A stretch of DNA of 64,000 nt from Nanobdellota archaeon (GTDB lineage Archaea > Nanobdellota > Nanobdellia > Woesearchaeales > UBA9642). The notes beneath the pieces are model-generated. The model saw nothing but the letters and a program-made list of their open reading frames with translations, had not been told where the DNA came from and ran no database searches. A program made the position numbers and the translations under genes. Of this stretch, positions 48,207 through 56,073 are shown in pieces (the stretch's first letter is position 1; each line of letters opens with the position of its first letter). Location: contig JBFYMA010000022.1 of NCBI GenBank assembly GCA_041305085.1, positions 484-64,483 of the forward strand. The letters run 5' to 3'.

Positions 48207-50021
48207 GTGATAATTTTGGAAACAGACAAAAAAGAAAACTATGAAGAAAACGATAACATTTACAAGAACGATCTGGACTTTAATGAAGAAGACTATGAAG
48301 TTGATGCAGAAACAATAGAAATAAACGACGATGCTGACTCTCCTGCACAAAAAAAGCAGGAAGAGTCTTCCGCCAATGCAAAAAAAGCTGCAATACAGAG
48401 AGATGATGATAATGAAGAAAAAGACAAGCCAGTTGCTTCTTCCAGGCCTATGAAAAAGGTTTCAAAGCCTATAAAGCCTGTAGTAACAAGAAAAGCAAAG
48501 AAAATTACAAAAAAAACCAATTCAAAGCCTTCAAAAAGCCCAAAAAAGCCAAGCAATTCAAATGGTGAAACAGCAGTATGGCCTTGGATTGTGCTTATCA
48601 TAGTAATAGTGACTGCAGCTGCAGTTCTTATCTGGAGCATTGTTACACATCCACCGCAGCAGCAGACAGCTGGCAATAATACAGTTGTTGCCACAGTGAA
48701 CGGCGAGCAGATAACCCTGGGAGAAATTAATGCCAGATATGACTCTCTGAACCCATTTTACAAGAGCGTAATAACAAAGGAACTGCTTTTAAACCAGTCT
48801 ATAGATGAGTTGCTGCTGCTTCAGGAAGCAGAAAAAGAAGGTTTAACAGCAACAGATCAGGAAGTTGAAGACCTTATAAATTCGATACTTGAGGAAAGCA
48901 ACATGTCCTATGATGATTTTGTTTCAAGGCTTGCATCGCAGGGAATATCCATTGATTATGTAAGGAGTGTATACAAGAATCAGATGATTATAGATAAAGT
49001 CCTTAACCAGACGGTATTTAAAGGTATTGAGGTGTCAGAGCAGGAAATTGAGAATTACTATGAGGAAAACAAGGACCTGTTCACAGGCACGCCTGACCAG
49101 GCAAAGGTAAGGCATATACTGGTTGCCATAGACAACTACACAACTCTTGAACTGGCCTCTGAAAAGATAAATGAGGCAAAAAACAAGTACTTGTCTGAAG
49201 AAGAGGACTTCTGCAGCCTTGTGGCAGAGTATTCTGATGACGCAGGAAGCATTGCCTCATGCGGAGAATACACTTTTCCAAGGGGTCAGATGGTGCCTGA
49301 GTTTGAAAATGCAGCGTTTGAGCTGGAGCCAAACCAGACAGAGATAGTGCAGTCTGTCTACGGCTATCACTTTATAGAAAAACTTGAGGATATTCCAGGA
49401 ACCGTTGCATCGTTTGAGTCCTTGAGGGACCAGATAGAACAGACACTGCTGTACCAGAAGCAGGAAGAATCATATATGAGCTACATAAAAACACTGAGGG
49501 ATTCTTCAGCCATAACTGCCAACTATGATGCTCTGGAAGCTGAGGCTATGGAAGAGCAGGCAGAAACAACAGGAAATGTAGTGACAGAGCCAATAGAGAA
49601 TGTGATTGGTGAAGACCAGGAAACCTCAGACCAGTCCATGCAGGAAGAAAACTCTGTGCAGCAGGAGCAAACATCTGAACAACAAGAAACAATGAATGAG
49701 CAGCAAGAAATACAGGATGAAACACAGAATGAAGATTCTTCAATGATAGAAAATACAGAAGAGCTGAGAACCTGCCTTGCAGCTACAGATGCAGTTTTGT
49801 ATGGTGCATACTGGAAAAAAGAAGTAAAAGAGCAGAAGGATATGCTTGGAGATGTTTTCGATGTGATAGAATATGTTGAGTGCGATCCAAACTATCCTGA
49901 CAGCCAGCCTGAAAAGTGCTCAGAGAAAGAAATAGATGTTTATCCAACATGGATAATAAAAGGGGAAAAATCTGAAGGCAAAAAAACCCTTCAGGAATTG
50001 AAAGAATTGGCTCTTTGCTGA
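48207..50021 (+). CDS. membrane-anchored parvulin-type peptidyl-prolyl isomerase (PrsA/SurA-like) with a C-terminal thioredoxin-like domain
   Basis: Low-complexity acidic/basic N-terminal tail, one TM, SurA-like chaperone region, parvulin core (VRHILV...YGYHFI), an acidic Q/E linker, and a C-terminal YGAYW..YVEC.PNYP..C..YPTWIIKG domain. Confidence 0.75.
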   Translation: MIILETDKKENYEENDNIYKNDLDFNEEDYEVDAETIEINDDADSPAQKKQEESSANAKKAAIQRDDDNEEKDKPVASSRPMKKVSKPIKPVVTRKAKKITKKTNSKPSKSPKKPSNSNGETAVWPWIVLIIVIVTAAAVLIWSIVTHPPQQQTAGNNTVVATVNGEQITLGEINARYDSLNPFYKSVITKELLLNQSIDELLLLQEAEKEGLTATDQEVEDLINSILEESNMSYDDFVSRLASQGISIDYVRSVYKNQMIIDKVLNQTVFKGIEVSEQEIENYYEENKDLFTGTPDQAKVRHILVAIDNYTTLELASEKINEAKNKYLSEEEDFCSLVAEYSDDAGSIASCGEYTFPRGQMVPEFENAAFELEPNQTEIVQSVYGYHFIEKLEDIPGTVASFESLRDQIEQTLLYQKQEESYMSYIKTLRDSSAITANYDALEAEAMEEQAETTGNVVTEPIENVIGEDQETSDQSMQEENSVQQEQTSEQQETMNEQQEIQDETQNEDSSMIENTEELRTCLAATDAVLYGAYWKKEVKEQKDMLGDVFDVIEYVECDPNYPDSQPEKCSEKEIDVYPTWIIKGEKSEGKKTLQELKELALC

Positions 50022-50029
50022 TTTTTTTA

Positions 50030-50265
50030 TTGAAAATTTCGACTAAAAGGTGAAATTTATATGGGTTGAATATCACAGAGTGCAGCAACCTCTGCTGCTC
50101 TGCACCCCTGCCTTCAGGTCGAAATTTTCAATTCCAAAAGTGCGCCTGAGAAGATTGTGAGCCAGTAATATCACAGAGTGATGCCAGCAATCTTTGATTG
50201 CTCTGCACCGCAACCTTTAGGTCGAGGATAGGGCGAACCTATCAGTAATCAGGTGCATTTTTGTT
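50030..50265 (+). repeat. structured intergenic repeat, copy 2 (full composite form)
   Basis: Contains the ttgaaaatttcgac...gtcgaaattttcaa hairpin module and the gtgcgcctgag...atcaggtgcatttttgtt stem-enclosed module. The atatcacagagtg core occurs twice. Confidence 0.8.
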
Positions 50266-50863
50266 ATTTTTTCTTTCCTTTTTTTACCCTGCTAGTAATT
50301 CTGGAAAGCTCGTTAACATTTTCTGTAAATGCAGGCAGCACTTTTGAAAACACTTTTTCCATAGCCTTTATCTCACTTCCGACTTCTAGAATGTTTTTGT
50401 CGTACTCTCCTATTTTGCCAATCACTGCCTGGTGAAGCTTGTCAAAGCTGTCCTTTAAATCGTTGAACTTCTGCTCCAGTGAAGTAATTTTGTTTTCTGT
50501 CTTGTTCTTCCATTCAATAATCTTGTTTATATCCTTTACAAGCTCGTTCCACTTTTCATCAATTATTGCCTCTATAAGGTCTTCGCTTGATCCAAGATCG
50601 TTCATTGTGGGCTGTGGCTGTGGAATGCTCATTGGAGCTGGAGAATCCATTCCTGGAAAACCTCCGAATCCTGCTCCCTGGCTGTGGCTGTGCTGTATTG
50701 ACCCCCCTCCAATATTTTCTGACTGGTCAAGTGCTCCTATGATATCAGAATAAGTATAGCCATCCCTCTGCAGACTCTCAATTATCTGAGTGTTTGAAAG
50801 GCCCTGCGCCTTCATATTTTTTACCTGGTCAACTGGAGGTTTTTTGTTGCCCAAAAATGCCAT
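50264..50863 (-). CDS. hypothetical protein (N-terminal small helical domain, Gly/Pro-rich linker, C-terminal coiled coil)
   Basis: 199-aa ORF. No catalytic motif. Confidence 0.5.
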   Translation of the reverse strand: MAFLGNKKPPVDQVKNMKAQGLSNTQIIESLQRDGYTYSDIIGALDQSENIGGGSIQHSHSQGAGFGGFPGMDSPAPMSIPQPQPTMNDLGSSEDLIEAIIDEKWNELVKDINKIIEWKNKTENKITSLEQKFNDLKDSFDKLHQAVIGKIGEYDKNILEVGSEIKAMEKVFSKVLPAFTENVNELSRITSRVKKGKKK

Positions 50864-50946
50864 AATGATTCCTCTTTTTCATCACAGACATAAACAAGCA
50901 TATTTATAAATCTTTTTATTATCCCTTTTTTCTTAAAGAGCAAGAG

Positions 50947-51303
50947 GTGTTAAACTTGTATCATATAGGAAAAGTGCTGAATGTGCTGAAATCAGGCAAA
51001 GAAGTTGTGAGCTGTGATGACTCTGTCCAGGCAGTTGCAGAAATGTGGGACAAAAACATTCTTACATTCCTGGTCGACCCAAAAATATCTGGGCAGCTAA
51101 AAAAAGCAGACTTTGTTCTTGTTGACTACAAGCCTATTGGTGAAAAGATTCCTGTGCCAAGGCACATTATTGTCAAAATACTCAAAGGAAAGACTGCTGA
51201 AGAGGTCTGGAAAGAATACAAAAAGTATTTTGCAGACAAGCATAAAAAGGCTGCCAACTCCCAGATTCAGCCGCCAACAATGGTGCCCCAGTATCTGGGA
51301 TGA
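50947..51303 (+). CDS. hypothetical protein
   Basis: 118-aa ORF with a basic C-terminus. Confidence 0.45.
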   Translation: MLNLYHIGKVLNVLKSGKEVVSCDDSVQAVAEMWDKNILTFLVDPKISGQLKKADFVLVDYKPIGEKIPVPRHIIVKILKGKTAEEVWKEYKKYFADKHKKAANSQIQPPTMVPQYLG

Positions 51304-51369
51304 ATTTTTAATAGAAGTTTTTTCTTGTTTTTACTTTTTTTGTCTGTCTAACCCCTGTTTAAGAACACA

Positions 51370-51966
51370 CTATCTTTCTGTCAGGAAAACGAGTGCAAGA
51401 ATTCCGACTATTAAAAGGAATAGAAGTCCAAGAACTTTTGGATGGAACAGGGTGTTGTAGAGGTTTGTTGTAAAGCTTCCTGTGTCTGTGGATTGGCCCT
51501 CGTTGACATCAACGCTGTTATCAGTGCTGACATCAGAATTTCCATTATTGTTTGTTGAAGTTGAATTTCCTAATCCCTGCTCAAGCGCGCTCTGGCCGAA
51601 GACGCTTCCAAATCCAAACAAAAGAATAATTACAGAAATAGTTATCACCCACATCCTGGCTTTGGGAATAGCACCCATAATGCTGCTGTCTTCTGCGCCG
51701 AAAACCCTGAAAACAAATATTATGAGGAAAACGACAACCACAAGTATTAGGAACCAGGGAACAATAAAATTCACAAACCCCAGTGCAAACTTGCTTGCGA
51801 GCACAAGCACTGCTACAGAAACTGCAACCATTCCGTTAAGCCCTTTTTTTTCTGCACCAAAAGCCTTTGTTTTTTCCAGCAATGCATAGACAATTATCCA
51901 GACCAGTATAAAAGTAAATACTGATCCGAAAAATGAAAAAAGGCTCAGGTCTAAAAGCGTTGCCAT
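51370..51966 (-). CDS. paralogous integral membrane protein A (third of a tandem triplet)
   Basis: 4 predicted TM helices. N-terminal motif ..VFTFILVWIIVYALLEKTKAFGAEKKG is shared with the two upstream paralogs. Thr/Ser/Asn-rich extracytoplasmic loop. Confidence 0.65.
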   Translation of the reverse strand: MATLLDLSLFSFFGSVFTFILVWIIVYALLEKTKAFGAEKKGLNGMVAVSVAVLVLASKFALGFVNFIVPWFLILVVVVFLIIFVFRVFGAEDSSIMGAIPKARMWVITISVIILLFGFGSVFGQSALEQGLGNSTSTNNNGNSDVSTDNSVDVNEGQSTDTGSFTTNLYNTLFHPKVLGLLFLLIVGILALVFLTER

Positions 51967-51968
51967 GT

Positions 51969-52574
51969 TCAGTCCCTTTTTCCTCCTTCCTGAAGCATTT
52001 TTGTAAGTCCCTTTACCCAGCCTTCGCTGTCAGCACCCCTGGGCTTGTCCTCTTTGGTAATAAACCATATCACTATGCCGAAAACAAGAATTGTTATTAC
52101 TGCTGCCTGGGTTGAAGGATCCCTTAAAAATCCAAGCCAGCTTGGCAGGCCAGTCCATCCTGCTTGTGTTGCAAAGATATAAATTACTATTATAAAAGCG
52201 GCCAGAACAATCCATCCTCCAAATGAGTGCTTGGAAATGTCCAGCTCTTTGCCAAAAACACCAATAAGCAATAGAACCATTAGTATGGCAACTATTATCA
52301 GGGAAATGTTTGGCAAAGCGCCATTTATTATCTCAACAATGTCAAACCTTCCATAGCTTCCTGTAACGTGCGGAATTACAACTGCAAGCGCCATCACAAG
52401 GGAAACAATAACATTGAAATTCTTTTTTGGCCTGCCGTCAGGCTCTTTTCCGAGAATTTTTGCCTTTTGCAGCACAGCAAAAACCAGTGTGAATATAAGT
52501 ATGAACGGGAGTATTACATCTACCAACCCTATATTCTCAAGCGACCTAAGCGCGTTTTCAAAAAAGCTCATCAA
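51969..52574 (-). CDS. paralogous integral membrane protein B (second of the triplet)
   Basis: IGLVDVILPFILIFTLVFAVLQKAKILGKEPDG N-terminal motif. 4 TM. 2-nt spacer to paralog A. Confidence 0.65.
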   Translation of the reverse strand: MMSFFENALRSLENIGLVDVILPFILIFTLVFAVLQKAKILGKEPDGRPKKNFNVIVSLVMALAVVIPHVTGSYGRFDIVEIINGALPNISLIIVAILMVLLLIGVFGKELDISKHSFGGWIVLAAFIIVIYIFATQAGWTGLPSWLGFLRDPSTQAAVITILVFGIVIWFITKEDKPRGADSEGWVKGLTKMLQEGGKRD

Positions 52575-53143
52575 CCATCACCCTCTTCTGTTTTTTTATC
52601 CTTTGAGGCAGCTCTGTCTCTTGTTACGTAAAACATAAAACCTACAATCAAAGCTACGAGTATTATTCCTGAAACAACATTGGTGTTCCAGTTGTTCTTC
52701 AAAAAGTTGTAAATATTGTCTAGCCAGCCAAGGCTGTACAGGAATATGAGTATTATTCCTATGAACATAATTACCATGAATACTGTCTTCCAGGGACCTT
52801 TGAGATAAAATTCCTTGTCTCCAGAGTGGAAGCTTCCGACAAGAAGCATGAATCCTATTGACAGGAGCAAAAGCAGGATTATGTAGGAAAGAGTTTCGTT
52901 CATGACTTTGACAACTTGGGCGCTTCCAACCACGAAAAAAGCAACCACAAAGCTGGTCATGCTGTTGAGGTTTTTCCTTGTAACCATGTTTCCCTTATCA
53001 TTTTTTTCAAGCCCGTAAATCTTGGTTTTTTCAAGAATTGCAAATGTGAGTGTGAATGAAAGCAGGAATGGAAGAACTACATCGTATATTCCTATATCAT
53101 TGAAAAAACCCAGTGTTCCCCTGAATACAGATTCCTCTGCCAT
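52571..53143 (-). CDS. paralogous integral membrane protein C (first of the triplet)
   Basis: IGIYDVVLPFLLSFTLTFAILEKTKIYGLEKN N-terminal motif. 4 TM. ATGA overlap with paralog B. Confidence 0.65.
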   Translation of the reverse strand: MAEESVFRGTLGFFNDIGIYDVVLPFLLSFTLTFAILEKTKIYGLEKNDKGNMVTRKNLNSMTSFVVAFFVVGSAQVVKVMNETLSYIILLLLLSIGFMLLVGSFHSGDKEFYLKGPWKTVFMVIMFIGIILIFLYSLGWLDNIYNFLKNNWNTNVVSGIILVALIVGFMFYVTRDRAASKDKKTEEGDG

Positions 53144-53244
53144 AAGCTCAGTATGGAACAGATTTATATATAAATGTTTTGGTAATTGACACTTATAAGT
53201 ATCAACTGCAAACCTTTAAAAAAGGCTCCAAACTCCTTTAAGTT

Positions 53245-53769
53245 ATGGAGTACTCTTTTGACCTCAAAGTGCCAAAGGACAGGATTGCTGTCATTATAGG
53301 CAAGGATGGAGAAACAAAGAAGGAGCTTGAAAAAGACACCAAAGCAATGATAATGGTGGACTCAAAGGAAGGAGATATCCATATAGAGGGAAAGGATCCT
53401 CTGCTTGCCTATGTGCTGAGAGAAGTCATAAAGTCAATAGCCCACGGCTTCAGCCCTGAAATAGCAAGGCTTTTGCTAAAGCAGGACTACATCCTTGAAA
53501 TAATATCCTTAAAGGATTTTGCAAAGGCAAACCACCACAAAAGGCTGAAAGGAAGGATTATTGGGGCAGGTGGAAAGAGCAGGACAACAATTGAGGACCT
53601 TACAAACTGCTATGTTTCTGTGTACGGCAAAAATGTTTCCATAATCGGAGAGGCAGAGACAATAGACGATGCAAAAAGGGCAGTCATTATGCTGCTGAAA
53701 GGCTCAACCCATGCAACTGTCTACAAGTTTTTGGAAAAGCAGAGAAAGCAGAAAGGCACATTTTTCTAG
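53245..53769 (+). CDS. KH-domain RNA-binding protein (archaeal Dim2/Pno1-like)
   Basis: Two KH-type GxxG motifs (IIGKDGETKK, IIGAGGKSRTTIE). About 174 aa, typical of archaeal Dim2-like proteins. Confidence 0.7.
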   Translation: MEYSFDLKVPKDRIAVIIGKDGETKKELEKDTKAMIMVDSKEGDIHIEGKDPLLAYVLREVIKSIAHGFSPEIARLLLKQDYILEIISLKDFAKANHHKRLKGRIIGAGGKSRTTIEDLTNCYVSVYGKNVSIIGEAETIDDAKRAVIMLLKGSTHATVYKFLEKQRKQKGTFF

Positions 53770-54635
53770 GCAAAAGCAATTATGAATATTCCTGCAAGCA
53801 TTATCGCAGAAGCTATTATTTTGTGGGGAATCCTATGCTCGTGGTACATTTTCCCTCCGAGAAATACTGTTATCAGGGTTGAGAACCTCCTTATAGGTAT
53901 TACAAGTGAGACAAGAACAGTCGGAAGTGCTATTACCCACAAAATGCTGAAAGCGGCAAAGTTGTCAAGAATTGCAGGAATCGAGAAAATCCAGAAGTGC
54001 TCCTTCAGCACTTTCAGGACAGTTTTCAGCCTTCCTGAAACAACAACAAGAATCATTATAAAAACTGTGTTTATGAGCACTGCCCAGAAATACTTTGTAA
54101 ACGCGCTAATTGTCTGGAGCACTGTCTTATCAATGATTGCCATAAAAGAAGCGAGAATCAATACGAGAAGCATAAAGAAAAGGTATTTCTTTTTTATCTC
54201 TGTAAAAGGATGGTGCCAGTTTTTTATGTTTTTTATTGTAAGATAATAACCTCCAATTATTATAACAACAACCCCCATAATCTGCAGGGTTGTGGGTGCT
54301 TCGCTAAGCAAAAAAAAGGAAAGCACAAGCAGGAATGCAGGGCTGAAGTTGATAAGAGGTGCAACAGTTGAGACCTCCTCGTTCTTGTATGATGCATACA
54401 TGAAAAATGCAGTGATTATGTTCATGATGCAGAAAATTATTATAAGAACAAGAATCTTTCCAGGAATCTCAAACTGTATATCAAAGAACAGAATTGGAAT
54501 GCTGAATATGAACTGTACAATCGCATATGAGCCGATAAAGTCGAAAATGCTTTCAAACGCCAATGCTTTTTTTCTCAATGCCTGGCTCAAACCGAAGAAC
54601 ACTGCAGAAAGCAATGTAATAAGTATCCAGCTCAT
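53766..54635 (-). CDS. DMT-superfamily (EamA-like) transporter
   Basis: 289 aa, about 10 TM helices in two EamA-like halves. Confidence 0.6.
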   Translation of the reverse strand: MSWILITLLSAVFFGLSQALRKKALAFESIFDFIGSYAIVQFIFSIPILFFDIQFEIPGKILVLIIIFCIMNIITAFFMYASYKNEEVSTVAPLINFSPAFLLVLSFFLLSEAPTTLQIMGVVVIIIGGYYLTIKNIKNWHHPFTEIKKKYLFFMLLVLILASFMAIIDKTVLQTISAFTKYFWAVLINTVFIMILVVVSGRLKTVLKVLKEHFWIFSIPAILDNFAAFSILWVIALPTVLVSLVIPIRRFSTLITVFLGGKMYHEHRIPHKIIASAIMLAGIFIIAFA

Positions 54636-54722
54636 GCAGACTTTTTAAAAAGTACAGTATAAATAGTTAACGGATAATATTTTCCAAAACAATTATAAAT
54701 AATTTAACAAACACACCAAGGA

Positions 54723-55181
54723 ATGATAACCGCCAATAAAAATAATTGCCTGATAATAAAACGCGCAACCCAGAAAGACTATGCTTCTATTTATAAGATT
54801 GCAAAAAGCAGCAAAAAAGGTTTCATTATGTCAAAAAAAACATGGTTTTATGACAAGAAAGAGCTTGCAGGATATATAGCTGACAAGAAAAGAAGCATTC
54901 TTCTGGTTGCTTTTGTCAACAAGAGAATTGCAGGGTTCATTCATGGAAGAATGATAAACAATGCATGGTATACTGTTGACACTGCAGCCACATTGCCAAA
55001 ATACAGATCTTTGGGAATAGGAACACTGCTTTTCCAAAAACTGGAGTTAACTGCAAAAAGACGAGGCTGCGTTTATTTTAATGGGCTTGTAAAATTTGAA
55101 AACAAGAAAGCCATCTCATTTTGGCAAAAGCAGGGATTTGAAAAAGGAAAAAAGTTTGTGTGGGTGGAAAAGTTTCTTTAG
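54723..55181 (+). CDS. GNAT-family N-acetyltransferase
   Basis: Acetyl-CoA-binding motif RSLGIGTLLFQKLELTAKRRG (Q/RxxGxG/A). Confidence 0.7.
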   Translation: MITANKNNCLIIKRATQKDYASIYKIAKSSKKGFIMSKKTWFYDKKELAGYIADKKRSILLVAFVNKRIAGFIHGRMINNAWYTVDTAATLPKYRSLGIGTLLFQKLELTAKRRGCVYFNGLVKFENKKAISFWQKQGFEKGKKFVWVEKFL

Positions 55182-55214
55182 CTGAAAAAACACTGAACAT
55201 ACTTTGTGTAAAAA

Positions 55215-55552
55215 TTAGACTTCGTCTATTGCCGCAAGGTTCGCTTGTCTTGATTATGAAACTCGAAAGCACTCGTCTCCGGATGGGACATCCCCCTGCT
55301 CGTGCTGCAAAACGTTTCAACTCACAAATGGGCGGCAACGCATTTTTACACAAAGCCAAATGAATATGCTATGTCCTTAATGTCTTTTTTGCCATTCCTG
55401 TGAAGCCTTTCACTTCATTTGTCGCTACACTCCAGAGGGTTGGCTCCTTCGGAGATGGAGTGTACACTCACTCATTCATTACTAGGCGAGCCCGGCAAAA
55501 AGCGAACCTCTGGTGAGATTCGGGACATAGCTGGTTAACTGTGGCCGCAAAA
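55215..55552. ncRNA. candidate structured RNA of unknown class (GC-rich island; strand unresolved, minus slightly favoured)
   Basis: About 48% GC in a roughly 35% GC genome. Long-range complementarity GCUAUGUCC (55368) / GGACAUAGC (55527). Hairpin CACUCCA...UGGAGUG containing a CUCC-UUCG-GGAG tetraloop stem. CCAGAGG/CCUCUGG pair. Oligo-T at 55215-55221. Only junk ORFs overlap. Confidence 0.4.
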
Positions 55553-55599
55553 ACCTAAAAAACAAAACTATAAAAAACATTTCCTTATTCTCTTTTTTT

Positions 55600-56073
55600 A
55601 TGGAGCCGCTAAAAATCCAGAAGATTGCTGACACTGATGATGTCGGATTTATAAAGAAAGGGGATTCTGCCATAGACCTTAGAGCTAGCGGGGTCTTTGT
55701 TGTAAATCTTGATGAAGAGCAAAAAGAAATTTCACAAAAACAATATTCTCTCCAGCCAGGCGAGCGCATACTTGTAAAGACCGGTGTAAAGGCACATTTT
55801 CCAAAAGGTTTTTGGGGAAACATAAGGGACAGGTCAGGACTTGCACTGAAGCACGGCATACACCAGCTCGGAGGGGTTATTGATGAGAATTACCGAGGGG
55901 AAATTGGAGTAATAATCATAAACCTGGGAAAAAAGCCTTATACTATTTCAAAGAATGACAGGGTTGCCCAAATGGTGCTTACGCCCTATGCTACTCCAAA
56001 CATAGAGTTTGTCAGCTCTTTGGAAGATTCTGAAAGAGGAGAAACAGGGTTTGGGCATAGCGGAAAATTCTAA
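55600..56073 (+). CDS. dut: dUTP diphosphatase (dCTP deaminase/dUTPase family)
   Basis: GSAIDLRAS, RSGLALKHGI, GVIDENYRGEIGVII, GETGFGHSG, the classic trimeric dUTPase motifs. A TATA at 55569-55576 lies 24 nt upstream, suggesting a leaderless transcript. Confidence 0.85.
   Translation: MEPLKIQKIADTDDVGFIKKGDSAIDLRASGVFVVNLDEEQKEISQKQYSLQPGERILVKTGVKAHFPKGFWGNIRDRSGLALKHGIHQLGGVIDENYRGEIGVIIINLGKKPYTISKNDRVAQMVLTPYATPNIEFVSSLEDSERGETGFGHSGKF

Noticed and set aside
55078-55363. ORFs 55160-55363 (+) and 55078-55359 (-)
   Set aside because: They lie in the GC-rich structured region and have no protein-like composition. An RNA or regulatory role is more likely.
55215-55552. 5S rRNA, SRP RNA or tRNA identity for the GC-rich island
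   Set aside because: GCGGCCACAG and CCCGAA words on the minus strand are reminiscent of 5S, but the spacing (25 versus about 38 nt) and the total length (>220 nt) do not fit. The 5'/3' ends do not pair as in SRP RNA. There is no T-loop for tRNA. Left as unknown.
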